Under the pieces are notes generated by a model that saw only the letters and a list, made by a program, of their open reading frames with translations, was not told the DNA's origin and searched no databases. DNA of 64,000 nt. It comes from the human T2T-CHM13v2.0 reference genome, Homo sapiens. Shown here in pieces: positions 1 through 13,969 of this stretch. The DNA lies in NCBI RefSeq assembly GCF_009914755.1, contig NC_060929.1, one strand, 5' to 3'. Each line of letters starts with the position of its first letter. The stretch's first letter is position 1. Made by a program: the position numbers and the translations under genes.

Positions 1-284
1 GTTTTCAGCTCCATCAGCTCCTTTAAGCACTTCTCTGTATTGGTTATTCTAGTTATACATTCTTCTAAATTTTTTTCAAAGTTTTCAACTTCTTTGCCTT
101 TGGTTTGAATGTCCTCCCATAGCTCAGAGTAATTTGATCGTCTGAAGCCTTCTTCTCTCAGCTCGTCAAAATCATTCTCCATCCAGCTTTGTTCCATTGC
201 TGGTGAGGAACTGCGTTCCTTTGGAGGAGGAGAGGTGCTCTGTGTTTTAGAGTTTCCAGTTTTTCTGTTCTGTTTTTTCCCCAT
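1..284 (-). CDS. L1 ORF1p N-terminus (partial, open to window edge)
   Basis: ATG at 284 reads MGKKQNRKTGNSKTQSTSPPPKERSSSPAMEQSWMENDFDELREEGFRRSNYSELWEDIQTKGKEVENFEKNLEECITRITNTEKCLKELMELK with no stop. It differs from recalled L1HS ORF1p at three CpG-decay positions (A17T, T30M, R56W). Confidence 0.9.
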   Translation of the reverse strand, partial: MGKKQNRKTGNSKTQSTSPPPKERSSSPAMEQSWMENDFDELREEGFRRSNYSELWEDIQTKGKEVENFEKNLEECITRITNTEKCLKELMELK

Positions 285-739
285 CTTTGTGGTTTTATCT
301 ACTTTTGGTCTTTGATGATGGTGATGTACAGATGGGTTTTCGGTGTGGATGTCCTTTCTGTTTGTTAGTTTTCCTTCTAACAGACAGGACCCTCAGCTGC
401 AGGTCTGTTGGAATACCCTGCAGTGTGAGGTGTCAGTGTGCCCCTGCTGGGGGGTGCCTCCCAGTTAGGTTGCTCGGGGGTCAGGGGTCAGGGACCCACT
501 TGAGGAGGCAGTCTGCCTGTTCTCAGATCTCCAGCTGCGTGCTGGGAGAACCACTGCTCTCTTCAAAGCTGTCAGACAGGGACATTTAAGTCTGCAGAGG
601 TTACTACTGTCTTTTTGTTTGTCTGTGCCCTGCCCCCAGAGGTGGAGCCTACAGAGGCAGGCAGGCCTCCTTGAGCTGTGGTGGGCTCCACCCAGTTCGA
701 GCTTCCCGGCTGCTTTGTTTACCTAAGCAAGCCTGGGCA

Positions 740-892
740 ATGGTGGGCGCCCCTCCCCCAGCCTGGCTGCCGCCTTGCAGTTTGATCTCAGACTGCTGTG
801 CTAGCAATCAGCGAGATTCCGTGGGCGTAGGACCCTCTGAGCCAGGTGTGGGATATAGTCTCGTGGTGCGCTGTTTTTTTAAGCCGGTCTGA
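740..892 (+). CDS. L1 antisense ORF0, truncated by a +1 frameshift in a T-run (~874-880)
   Basis: GGGCAATGG start reads MVGAPPPAWLPPCSLISDCCASNQRDSVGVGPSEPGVGYSLVVRCFFKPV*. The ORF0 splice donors CCAG|GTGTGG (845/846) and CCAG|GTGTGT (931/932) are present. Confidence 0.75.
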   Translation: MVGAPPPAWLPPCSLISDCCASNQRDSVGVGPSEPGVGYSLVVRCFFKPV

Positions 893-2439
893 AAAGCGCA
901 ATATTCGGGTGGGAGTGACCCGATTTTCCAGGTGTGTCCGTCACCCCTTTCTTTGACTCAGAAAGGGAACTCTCTGACCCCTTGCGCTTCCCAGGTGAGG
1001 CAATGCCTCGCCCTGCTTCAGCTCGTGCACGGTGCGTGCACCCACTGGCCTGCGCCCACTGTCTGGCACTCCCTAGTGAGATGAACCCGGTACCTCAGAT
1101 GGAAATGCAGAAATCACCCGTCTTCTGCGTCGCTCACGCTGGGAGCTGTAGACCGGAGCTGTTACTATTCGGCCATCTTGGCTCCCCCCACCGACATCTT
1201 TCAAAACTTGTAAATAATATTGTCCTTTGAGTGTTGAACCATGAAGTCGTCCCAGAGTGAGGGATGTCCTGATTGATACTAGAAAGCATTTTACTTATAG
1301 AAAGGTATCTTTAATATATATTTTTACTTACAAAAAGCAGTTTAGTTATAGAAAGCAATTAATATGCAAAGCCAGGAAGTATTAGCATACTTAAAGGCAA
1401 GGTTTAGATTCACCAAAAAAAAAAAATTAAAAACTCATATCCAGAAGACATGCTATATGGTGAAAAGAAGAGGATGTACAGTAGCTACTTCTAATGGAAG
1501 GAGTCTTGACTAATGGACTTCCCCTTAGGGAGGTTTGTGGCAGATTTTCTAAAACCTGAAGGAGAATTCTTCAAGCAAAGGAGGCTGGAGAATTAGAGAC
1601 ACTAGGCAGCTGGAAGAGGCTTGGGGCAGAGAGGGAGACACCAGGGAAAGTTTGGGGAAAACAGGACTTGTGGGTCTCTGAACCACCAAAGAAAAGGAAG
1701 GTAATGGGGTGAACTGAGCCAGAAGAGGAAAGCAGAACCAGATCATCAGCCTAACCAAGTTTATGTGTGATCCTAAAGTGCTTTAGCAGACAGGCTGATA
1801 GTGTTATGTGTAAGTGCTATGTAAGTATTAACTATCATTGTATTGCTGATAGTTTTACATTCTTCTCATTTGACATCGTATTCTAAGCACATTCCATGTA
1901 ATTAAACATTTATTAGAAACCATTTTTTTTAAGTTAAATGGCTGCATGATATCTCAGGCATGATATTTAGCAATTCTATCATTGGAAATTTAAGGTACTT
2001 TCATTTCTTGGTATTTAAAATAACCAGTGAAGAAGATGTCTGTAAGTTTTAGATCTCATCGTTGATGGTTTCCTTGGGAATTTCTTGTTAAAGCGGAATT
2101 ACAGGGTAGGAACATTTGACACTTTTAAGTATGCACCAATTTACACTCCCATCATGCTACACCGTTGACCAAGAAAAATTACTTTTTACCCTCACCTAAT
2201 TGAGAGATGAGAAACAGTTTCTCACCTTCCAAATTTACATTTCCTTCTGACTAGCAAGATTAAAACTTTTTCATGTTTATTAGCCATTTTATCTTTTCGG
2301 TCACTTTCTTCACTCACTAAAAGGTGTTAATGTCCTACATGTTGATATGTAAGATCTTTACATATTAGGCATGCATTATTTGCTCTAAATATTTTTTGCT
2401 AGTTGGTTTTCAATCTTGTCTTTTGCTACTCAGTTTTAA

Positions 2440-3375
2440 AGTTTTCTGTCTTATCCTTTATTAATACACTCAACTAATATTTATTGAACAACTATGTGCA
2501 AGGCATTTTTATAGACACATCATTAATGAACAAAATAGTCAAAAGTTTCTTGGAATGTGGTACTTAAATTTTAGTGAGAGGAGATAGACAATAACTGATA
2601 AGCATGATAAATAGGTAAATTATATTAGTTAATAAGTGCTTTGGGGGGAGAAATGGAGGACAGAAGGGGTTGGTGATGGGGATATGGAGGCTGCAATTTT
2701 AAGTAATGTTTTGGGTAGGTCTTATTGAGAAGATGACTTTTGAGGAAGGACTTGGAAAAAAGTGAGTTATTGTGCAGATTATCTGGAAGAAGAGCATAGT
2801 AGACAGAGTGAATAATCAGTGCAAAAGTCCTAAGGGCTGGAACATGCCTGAAATGTTTAATCAAAGAGGTTGGAGTGAACCAAAGAATGAAGTAGAAAAA
2901 AATGAAGTCAGAGGTTAATGGTGTGTGTATGAAATCATGTAGGCCACTGTATAAGACTTGGGTGAATGGAGGGTTCTCGGCAGAGGGCATGATTCAACTT
3001 ATTTTTTAAAGAATAGCTCTTTGAATGTTGTGCTGAAAACAGAATAGTGGTAGCAGTGAAGATGGTGAGAAGTGGTCTGATTCTGAATGTATTTTAAAAG
3101 TATAGTCAACAAGGATTTCTGATGGATTGCATGTAGGGTGAGAGAAAAGAGAGGCATCAAGGACCAGAGGTTTTTGGCCACTGGACTGTGGATTTAGCAA
3201 CATGGAGGTAATTAGTAATGGTGAAGTAGCAGGGAGTAAAAAAGAATGGTGTCCTGGAAGCCAAGGAAATAACTGGATCAACTGCTGCTAAGAAATCAAA
3301 GAAGATGAGAATGAACTGGACTGTGCATTTAGCAACACTGAGGTCATTAGTAATGTCTGTGATTTCTTCCACTGT
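2440..3375. mobile_element. Degenerate LINE-2 fragment
   Basis: Typical L2-like text (TATTTATTGAACAACTATGTGCAAGGCA..., purine-rich body, GGATTTAGCAACATGGAGGT). Confidence 0.6.
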
Positions 3376-3978
3376 TCTTTACGTATTTATGTTATTTTCT
3401 ATTGGTGAAATGATACATTAATTATTTCTACAATCATTCAACTTTTCCTAACACTGTTCATTGAATAATCCATTTCTTTGCTATGTTTGTTTAGACTAAC
3501 TTCTGATCAGCAAAGATCCATATTCCTTCACCTTTGCTCATTTTGGACTCATATTTATATGGAGTGAGTGAATGGGATTGTGGCACTACTGTGTCCTTTT
3601 AATAAACCACATCTAAATCAGTTATAATGGCAAAGCCTTAAGGTTGGGCAAGTTACTATGATTGGCTTTAGTGTAGTTTATGCATAGGAGAGGGACAGTC
3701 ACACTTTTGTTAAGTCACTCAGAAATTGTTACCTTCTTATCAGATGTGTAGTTATTTTCCTCATGGAAGCATGGAGGAAAAAAGGTAAGCATGGAAATAA
3801 ATTTTTTTATTACTGAATTATTTCCCTTATTTGACTTTCATAAGGAAATACTCAAAAACCACTTCAAAATAACTCAATTCTCACTCATACACATAGCATT
3901 TTCAGGACATCATATTTTCAATATTGCTACAAAAATTATTTTTAAGTGCAAATTTTTATAAGTGAAACGATGTCATAA

Positions 3979-4146
<168 letters not shown>

Positions 4147-4188
4147 CTAAAAATTCTGTGTTTTAAATGCTTACTGGAGAGATGGGAC

Positions 4189-4200
4189 AATAAAAATAAA
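4189..4200 (+). terminator. Tandem AATAAA poly(A) signals downstream of the SHISAL2B stop
   Basis: AATAAAAATAAA, 43 nt after the stop codon. Confidence 0.6.
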
Positions 4201-4290
4201 GCGTGCACTTGAAACGGTTTGTAATATTGCTTTTCAAAAATTCGTCACTCACAAAGCAAGACACAGCTGCATTTTTGATCATTCAGTTAC

Positions 4291-4318
4291 TTTATTAAAC
4301 GCACATTAAGGTTTTATT
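4291..4318. terminator. Distal SREK1IP1 poly(A) signals (minus AATAAA at 4291-4296 and 4313-4318) overlapping a plus-strand ATTAAA (4294-4299)
   Basis: TTTATTAAA and TTTATT are read directly. Assignment to the SREK1IP1 end rests on recall that this gene has a long 3' UTR abutting SHISAL2B. Confidence 0.55.
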
Positions 4319-5002
4319 GGTTTTCCTTTGTATAAATTTATTTGCTAATTAAGATGTTTCTGTATCACATGAGATTATGCTAATTATTCAGGAGAAATTA
4401 AATAATTTATCAATAACAAGATAAGCAGTCCTATCTCAGTGAAGAACAGTGAGAAGTTTATGTCACATTACCAGCATTTCTCAACTTTCTGATACTTACA
4501 GGCAGTTATTCTTATGAGATGGTACTGGATAGGTAAATATCAAGGGAACTGTCTTAAAAACTAGAGGTGACTTGTTCTTAAATCTCTTAGAAGTCAACCC
4601 ACATCTTTTTAGATTTTTCTGGGCACAAACAATATACTCAGTAACAAAAAAATCACAATGTATAATCTGTACAATAAATATTTTGTTTCAAGAGATAAGC
4701 ATAACAAAAAATCCTTTGCTGATATATTTCCTAAATAATCTGTATAATGAAAGCTACAAAACAAATGAGTTCTCTGGTCCCACCTAATGCTATCACATTA
4801 ATACCACCTAGAAATCTAGAAATAAAACTAATTTCTGCAAATTATAATTTTTAAAGATTTTTATTCATAAGTGTGTTTTCTATTATAACACAGACCTGGT
4901 TTTGTAACAGAATTCAACAGAAAAAAAAAGGGAATTATTTTAAGCAGCTCTACTGAGCATATCTACTATGTCCTGTAGTTTTTGTAGTCAGAAACTAGCA
5001 TT

Positions 5003-5044
5003 TCAGACAAGATCTGGCACATTTAGGGTGGTATGGCCATAGCC
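5003..5044 (-). pseudogene. 5S rRNA 5' fragment (~42 nt), tailless retropseudogene
   Basis: Minus strand GGCTATGGCCATACCACCCTAAATGTGCCAGATCTTGTCTGA versus 5S GTCTACGGCCATACCACCCTGAACGCGCCCGATCTCGTCTGA. Flanked by the direct repeat AAACTAGCATTTCA (4992-5005, 5047-5060). Confidence 0.88.
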
Positions 5045-5199
5045 AAAAACTAGCATTTCAAAATGTGCTGAATACAGCTTCTCTGGTCTGATATATAAAA
5101 AAGAATACCTTATTTTTCTTGGGCATGCAAAGCTCAGGGTTACAAACTTTTCGTCATTAGCCTGTCAAAATTTCTACCAAGTACTAAGGTTATCTTCTA

Positions 5200-5385
5200 G
5201 ACCAGAATTAAGAGAAGTTTCTGTGATGATGGAAATGTTCTTTCTATATCTGCACTAATATGGTAGCCACCAGTCACATGTGGCTACTGAACACTTAAGA
5301 TGTGGCTAATGCAACTGAAAAAATAAAATTTTTCATTTATTTAATTAATTTAAATAACCCTATGTGGCTATACTGGCACCATAGT
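5200..5385. mobile_element. MER3-like hAT-Charlie MITE
   Basis: TTTCTGTGATGATGGAAATGTTCT...ATGGTAGCCAC..CACATGTGGCTACTGAACACTT..ATGTGGCTA signature. Confidence 0.75.
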
Positions 5386-6636
5386 GCCAGATCACTATTG
5401 CAACAACCTACTGCCAAAGTTGAACTTCACATTCAAAAATACAATTTTGCAAAGGTTTAAATACTAAAATTGCTTAAAGTATATGTTAAGTTTGAAAATT
5501 AAGACATTTCCATTATAAAAATGACATTTTACACGGCCATAAAAACAAAGAATTTTCACTTATTTTTTGTGAAAGTTTATAAAGCTTTTATGGGTGCTTC
5601 TTGATCTTTGATACAACTTTGATTTTAAAGTATCCCAGAAAATTTGCTATCTTTACAGTAATTTAATAATATTACCATATTGTCTCAGGTGAAAATCTAG
5701 GTTGAGAAAAATTTAGTTAAGGCACTGGCACCATTCTACTTTTGTTGCTCATGGCCAAGGACTATAAATGGCACAAGAAGCAAGAAACAGACAGAGCTAG
5801 CAAAATGCTCACTGCCCCAACTCCTCCCAATTTGTGGGAAAGGCATAGTGGGGTCAGGCATGACTGGATGCATCATGGGTTGTGCTATAGAAGAGGCACC
5901 CCAATTCTCTGCCACTCTACCTATTTTTAGAGGAGTTGGGAGGAGATACTGAGATCAGAAGACTGGCCTTCGCAACTGGGATTATTGTCACACTGGTATA
6001 AGAAACCTACTGTTCTTGGGCACCCAATGTCCAGGAAGTTTTGGTCTCAGCACTAGGATCAGCTGGAGTCCTTGAAGCACTCCCTGCTGAGCTAGCTTAT
6101 CACTAGGTTACCTGAGGTAGAACCACAGGGCTCATCCAGTGGACCAACTGGTATGTTTCTCTGTAACTCTGAAGCAGTTGTGCTTCACAGGTTAAGCCAA
6201 ATTTTAAAAGCAAGGGGCCTTATTAAATTACAGCACATTTTGTACACTGAAAAATATTCTAAATGGTTTATTCGGACCTAACAAATATTAAAATAGTGAT
6301 AGAATTTAAGTCAGTCAAAAATAACCTAAAATACAATTAAGAACAAAACACATCTCAAAGTATGTACATGTACATATAACTCTGGGGATGGATCTAATAA
6401 AGAATACAGTAGCTTTATGTGTTTTTAGATGATTTAGGTTACTGTGTAATTTTTGGAAATAATAATGAGACTGTAGAAAGAAATGTGAGTCTAATAATAG
6501 AGCCTAAAATAATCAAATTATATTTTATGTAGCCTTCTAATGAAAGCAATTTCATCTTTTAAAAATGGTGGGATTAATCGGATTATGAAATTGATAAAAC
6601 CAAACCCTAATAAAAGTCATTTCCTTCCTTAAAATC

Positions 6637-7037
<401 letters not shown>

Positions 7038-8611
7038 TAGTCTCAATTCTTACCACTTCCTGCCTCGCCTATGATACACCAGCAACACCAGATTGCTTGT
7101 AATTCTTGACAAACACATAACACAGCTTGTTCTACCTCTGGTGTTTGTTCACAGTACCCACTCTGTCAGGAACTGCCATAACCCTCATTCTTATCCTTAA
7201 TCAAATTGCAATTCAGTCACTACTTTCTCTAGGTAGCCTCTTCTAATTTATCCAGACTACTTTAGGTAACCCCGAGTTTCTATAAACTCATGTTCATGTC
7301 AATTACTGCACTAATTATATAACGGTGTATGCTCTGGTGTTTCTCCTACCAACTACACTGTGAAGTCCTTCAGGGAGGCAAATGTGTCTTACTTATCTCT
7401 GTATCCCCAGTACTTAGCACAGCGTTTGCCACGTTAGGTACTCAATAAATATTTGTTGAAGAAAGGATTCAATGGCATTTTTATCAACATTATTAACAAC
7501 TCTTCAGCCTAGTTTACTCTGAAGGTAAACTAGGGTTATATAATTTTAGATACAGTTGTAAATACAAACACATATAGTTGTTTTACTTCTCATTTATTGT
7601 TGTTTTGACCTCAGAGAGTCAAAGATGTAAATGGAGATGTATATTAAGTATGAAGAAATAGGGATACCTCTGAGAAATATCAACCAACATATGATATGCA
7701 AAAAAAAAAAAGGGGGAAATTGTGTGGTGAGAAGGTCCATCAACCCAAAAATAATGGCCATAAAGTGCCAGATAATCTAGTTCCAGATGCAAACCTAAAT
7801 ATAAATTCTGCCTGCATTTGGTGAAAATGACATGCATTAGGTTGTAAGAATATGAACCAAATATCAATTATCTGCTTGAAGAAGTTGAACGTGTTTATTA
7901 TATTAATAAATTCAACCTTTACTATTATAGAATGTTATAATAATTTCTAAAGTGAATATTGCTTGAATTTTAAAATATTGATAATTATATATATTAAACC
8001 TTGAAGTGATTTCAGAGATAATCTGGTACAATATTTTATAGACGAAAGACACCAAGGCCCAGGGAAACTAAGTGACTTTGTTCAAGATCATACAGGTAGT
8101 TAGAATGACCAGGACTGTTTTACTGCTAAATTCAGTTTTCCTTCTGGTACATACTGCCTGGGAGGGAATTTCATTAATTTTCTTCTAAAACATATTCATG
8201 AGATTTGCATCCAATCTCAATAATAATATCATATTAGAAGAAAATTACTTCAGTGAAAATAAATTTTTATTCAATTTCATAAACTATGCTAAAATTATGG
8301 GAAATTTACTTAGAAATGCCAACATCATTTCTGGGGGGAAAATTACTGATCATTAAAATATTTTAATTTGCATACTACATTAGTTAACGAGGACTGACTT
8401 TTGCTCTTCTCAGTCATTATTGTGTCACCATTCAGAAACCTAATGAGCCAATTTATAATCTCTACAATTAACAGTAATAAAACTTACAAGTAATTAACTA
8501 TTTCACTACAATTACTATCATTTTTAACTATCTTACTCAATGGAATAAGGTCATTGCCTTTGTAGCATTTTCTAATTATTTTTTAATATTTTATTTTACT
8601 GTTATTTTTTC

Positions 8612-8668
8612 AAGGCTAGTCAAGTCAAGCAGTGGGAGTAAAGAAACACCACTGCACTTGTGCCAGCC
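8612..8668 (-). pseudogene. Y3 RNA (RNY3) retropseudogene with internal loop deletion
   Basis: Minus strand GGCTGGCACAAGTGCAGTGGTGTTTCTTTACTCCCACTGCTTGACTTGACTAGCCTT matches the 5' and 3' ends of hY3 and is followed by an A-rich tail (~8575-8610). Confidence 0.85.
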
Positions 8669-10507
8669 TCGTTTTTAAAAAAGCTTTATATTAAAAACCG
8701 ATTTTTAAAATCTTGATAATCGAAGAATATTTTCAAAAAACTAGCAGCAAAGGCAAAACAAATCCCTAAAAACCTACTGGCTCTGTATTTTTTCTCCCAG
8801 TAACTGACTGACCTATTTAAACAAAAGCATTTCCTTTTGAGAGGCCCAAATGACTAAATTAGGTTATGGAAGGGTTGAAAGCGTGAGAGCTCTCATGGCT
8901 GCAATGCAGAGGGCTGTGGATACAGCTTCCCTAGAATTTAAGCATGGGTAAGCATATGTTAAGAGGAGTTATAAGGCTCCCTGAGTCTTACTGAGGGTAT
9001 CCACATTGGGTGCCAGGTGAAACAAGAATCAGTAAACCTTTCTAGCCTGTGAGGTTAAGTATACTTAGCTGATTTCACTATCATGAATTCACCTGCAGCC
9101 GTATCTATAGGTTATCAATTTGAAAATTTCTAAGCGCACCATAGTGAGGTATTTGCAATCTTTGGTGCTGTGCCATGACATTGGTTGATGTTCGATGCTT
9201 CTACAACATAAGCATTTACTTTAGTGGACATAAGGGCTACCTAAGTATTAAGCAAAGTAACACTGATCAATGTGAAAATAGAAATTTAAAAAACGTATCT
9301 ACTAATATGTGTTTGAAAATGCTTACCCATATAAAATTTCCATTATTATACAAAGGCTTTCATGATGCAACTCCCTGGCTCTTAAATTTTAAAAAGTACA
9401 GAATAAAATTCTCAATTCTTTTTTTGACACTTTTTACTCTTGAGTTTGCCACTAAAGTAAAAGAGAGAAACATCCCAAACTGGTCATTTATGAAAACGTT
9501 AAGTTCAGTGTGAAACTTGCTTTAAAACTACAAATTATGTCAGACAAAATAAATATATATGCTCACATTTATAAAATTTTCCACAGTACTCATAGAAACA
9601 AGCTTCATAAAATTTATACTGAATACAATAAAAATCAGTTCTAATAAAGATTTAGCTATCTTCCTAAATAAAAATTTCTGTGTTTGAGGTATCACTGTAA
9701 GACATGCCAATATGGCACATTTGTAAAACAACCCAGGAGTCTATTCTAAAAATCACAACCAACTCAGCATCATCTCTGCAGACTTACTAACAGGCTGAAC
9801 TAATCTCTTTATACAAGAAGTATTTTAATTATTACAAAAACAAAGGAGGCAGGTACTAGAAATTCTGCATTTCATAGAAGAGTAAAACTTTGTTAGAGAT
9901 ATTTTCATGATCATCTACCTGCAGACACCATTCATTTAAAAAGTCCTAGTCAAGACCATTAAGCAGCTGCATCTTCTACAACATTGAAAAAAAATCCCTA
10001 GAGATTTAAAAAACTGAAGAATTTCACTATCTTTAAAAGATATTATATTTTAGTACATAAAGCTATTAAATTTCTCTGTGTCAAGAGCAAAACATTACCC
10101 CTTACCTTGCTTCATCATTGGAAGGTGGACACCTGATCCAGCAATACTCATTAACTGCTAGGTAGATGACCCATGTTGATGGCAGTAAAGCCATTTTACA
10201 ATGAACTTATGAAGTAGTAACACTAGCCAAACACACAGAGACACAAATACCAAAAATGATGTGTTTAGTATACACAAATAGCTATACTTGGGGCATGGCT
10301 ATCAAGTAACAAGACTGATTTAATACTTTACAGTTACAGCACATTAAAAATATATTGCCAGAGGGATAATGGTCCCAAATACGAAAAATGTCTATATGGA
10401 AAAGGCTGTGATTTATTGCAAAGCATAATATATAGCAAATTCCAAGGAAGGGCAAACACGTTTTAAAAACAAATTTTTAAATTTAACGGCTTAAGCCAAA
10501 GTCTCAG

Positions 10508-10879
<372 letters not shown>

Positions 10880-11965
10880 TCACAGAAACCAACAAAACTA
10901 GTATCTATTCCACTCAATACTAATGTAATGAGTTTTAAAGTCAATAAGGATGAAATTATTTTTCTGTGATTTTTGGTTTTTCATGCAGTCATATCATTCA
11001 AAATCCTAAAAGGCAAACAAAGGGGCATTCACCAAGCCTTATTATATTCACTTGTGTATACAATAACTTCGCATATTTTCTTAAAAGTGTCTCAAAAGTT
11101 GCAATTCTCTATTTTAAAGGGCTATAATTGTACGTTCATATGAATGAATGAAAGCTGAAAGTTAGCAAAATAAAAGCACTTTTGGTAATTCTTCTGATTT
11201 TTCAAGTACTTGATCCCTCTAGACGGAGAGTGATACAGATGAATACTTGCATTACAAAATAATTTTCATTAGTTACAAAAGGATGCTTTTATGCTATATA
11301 TAAATGAAAAAGGATGGGTTATCATTGTGCTTTTGAAAAATATTACTCTAATACTAAATTGAAAAAATTGGTTCAATTCCTTCCTCTAATATTCATAAAA
11401 AAAAGGAAAAGAAAAAGAAAAAAACAGAAAACCCTATCTTTTAAGATCTTACTTAAAGAGATGTGCAACATTCTACCTATACTCAAACTCAAAATATGAG
11501 TGACAAGACAGAAACTGAGTTAATTTAAAATGTAAACAAAGGTATCTAAAGAGTTAGTTTAGTGATCTAAATATTAGGAGTTAAAACTCAAACTAAGAAA
11601 ATCTGAGACGGATATAAAGGAGGTGCCAATGTAAATTCAGGAGACTACAGGGCTCCAAGGCTATTTTGTGTCTGTATAGTGTGTGAATTCCTTGACTGCC
11701 TTCCTCCTTTAGTGACTCCGAGTTTTCCCTTATTTTTGTAATGTTGTGTTCCTTTTTCCTCCTTGTTTGTCTACTTACTTAGACTTCCAATCATCTGTTA
11801 AAGCTTATTTTCTCATGTATTCTCCTGCACCCTTGCCTCTTCAGTTGTTATTCTCAAATCTTGTCTATTTTCCTCTTTTAAAGACCCTGTTTGACTTGAC
11901 CTCTGGATTCTGACTAAAGCTTCTTCCCTGCCTGCACTTTTTTCTTTAGCTTTTTGGTCCTGAAG

Positions 11966-12294
11966 TTTTTTTTTTTGTTTGTTTCTTTTTTTTTTTTTTT
12001 TTTCTGAGACAGAGTTTCACTCTTGTTGCCCAGGCTGGAGTGCAATGGCGTGATCTCGGCTCACTGCAACCTCCGCTCCCCCGAGTTCAAGCAATTCTCC
12101 TGCCTCAGCCTCCCAAGTAGCTGGGATTACAGGTACCCACCTGTAATCCACCAGCTAATTTTTTTTGTATTTTTAGTAGAGATGGGGTTTCACTGTGTTG
12201 GCCAGGCTGGTCTCAAACTCCAGACCTCAGGTGATCGACCCACCTTAGCCTCCCAAAGTGCTGGGATTATAGGAGTGAGCCACCGTGCCTGGCC
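11966..12294 (-). repeat. Alu (AluSp/Sq-like)
   Basis: Poly-T plus reverse Alu with GAGTTTCACTCTTGTTGCCC; flanking CTGAAGT repeat. Confidence 0.93.
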
Positions 12295-12454
12295 TGAAGT
12301 CTCCTTTTTAAGGCAAAATTTCAGGCTGTGGCATAGCAACACTTTCAGGGGGCACTATCTCTGCTAAGTGTGCACAGAAAAGTTAATTTAATTTCAGGTT
12401 TGTGATGCTCAAGGTAAAGAGGCCCAAATAAATAATCTGTTACTATAAAAAATA

Positions 12455-13054
<600 letters not shown>

Positions 13055-13676
13055 TATTAGAATTTGGAAGACTATCAGATATCATTTCCTGTGAGCAATC
13101 CATCTTCCTGTGCTAGAATAAATGATTTAATAATACATTAACAGAAAACCCTGAGCTCTAAATTCCTATTTGTTTTTATATTAAAGATTATTAGTTAACT
13201 CCTAACGCTTGAAAGTGGGCTACTTTTCCAATTTATAAGATACCTGAAATATTAAAATACATGTATTAAATGCTCTATAAAAACTACAAAGTGGCAGCCC
13301 CTGGTTTCTACAACCTATTCTGTATGAGAACTGGGTCTAAACTAGAAATAATTATGGTTAAGTGCTTTTAAAAAATGCCTGTATGTGCAAATTTATGCTA
13401 GTATGAATGAAACTGCACGCATTAACAAGAGAAGTGGCCACTTACTACTTTCAATAACTTCTTTAACCAGTTAGTTTTTAAAAGAGTTAATAGTAAAAAT
13501 GCACAGGTGGCCGAAGACTGGAAGGAAGTTGTGATGCTAAAAATTCCTTCAGGTCTTTCACAACCCTCATCAGCCACCATATATATATATATATATGAAA
13601 CTGTCAGGCTAAATACATATAAATACAAAGGTGTGTGTATGTGCATATAATTACATATATATATATATATATATAT

Positions 13677-13969
13677 TTTTTTTTTTTTGGTGGGCGGGGG
13701 GCAGATAGGGTCTTGCTGTGTTGCCCAGGCTGGAGTACAGTGGTGTGATCATGTCTCCTGGGCTCAAGCAATCCTCTCACCTCAGCCTTCCACATAGCTG
13801 GGAACACAGGTACATGCCACCACACTTGGATAATTTTTCTTTTACTTTTTGCAGAGATGAGGTCTCCCTATGTTGCCCAAGCCTGTCTCAAACTTCTGGG
13901 CTCAAGCCATTCTCCTGCCTTGACCTCTCAAAGTGCTGGGATTATAGGCATGAGCCATCGCACCTGGAC
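13677..13969 (-). repeat. Alu (AluJ-like) preceded by (TA)n
   Basis: GGGCTCAAGCAATCCTC AluJ diagnostics; TA microsatellites at ~13579-13595 and ~13656-13676. Confidence 0.9.

Larger units (their letters stand above)
1..1189 (-). mobile_element. Young LINE-1 (L1HS/L1PA2-like) 5' UTR plus start of ORF1; element continues beyond the left window edge
   Basis: Minus strand begins GGGGGGAGCCAAGATGGCCGAATAG (L1 5' terminus with intact YY1 site). The 5' UTR is ~905 bp, the short form of the youngest L1PA families. It has L1HS-like diagnostics CACGGAATCTCGC, GAGACTATATCC and TTTTCAGACCGG. Confidence 0.96.

Noticed and set aside
287-1230. ORFs 287..589 and 934..1230 on the + strand
   Set aside because: Incidental frames in the L1 5' UTR starting at non-ATG codons; only the ORF0 frame has precedent.
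11700-11965. Purine-rich minus-strand stretch (RTKKLKKKVQAGKKL*) resembling an extra SREK1IP1 exon
   Set aside because: No convincing polypyrimidine tract, early stops, and the five-exon model is already complete.
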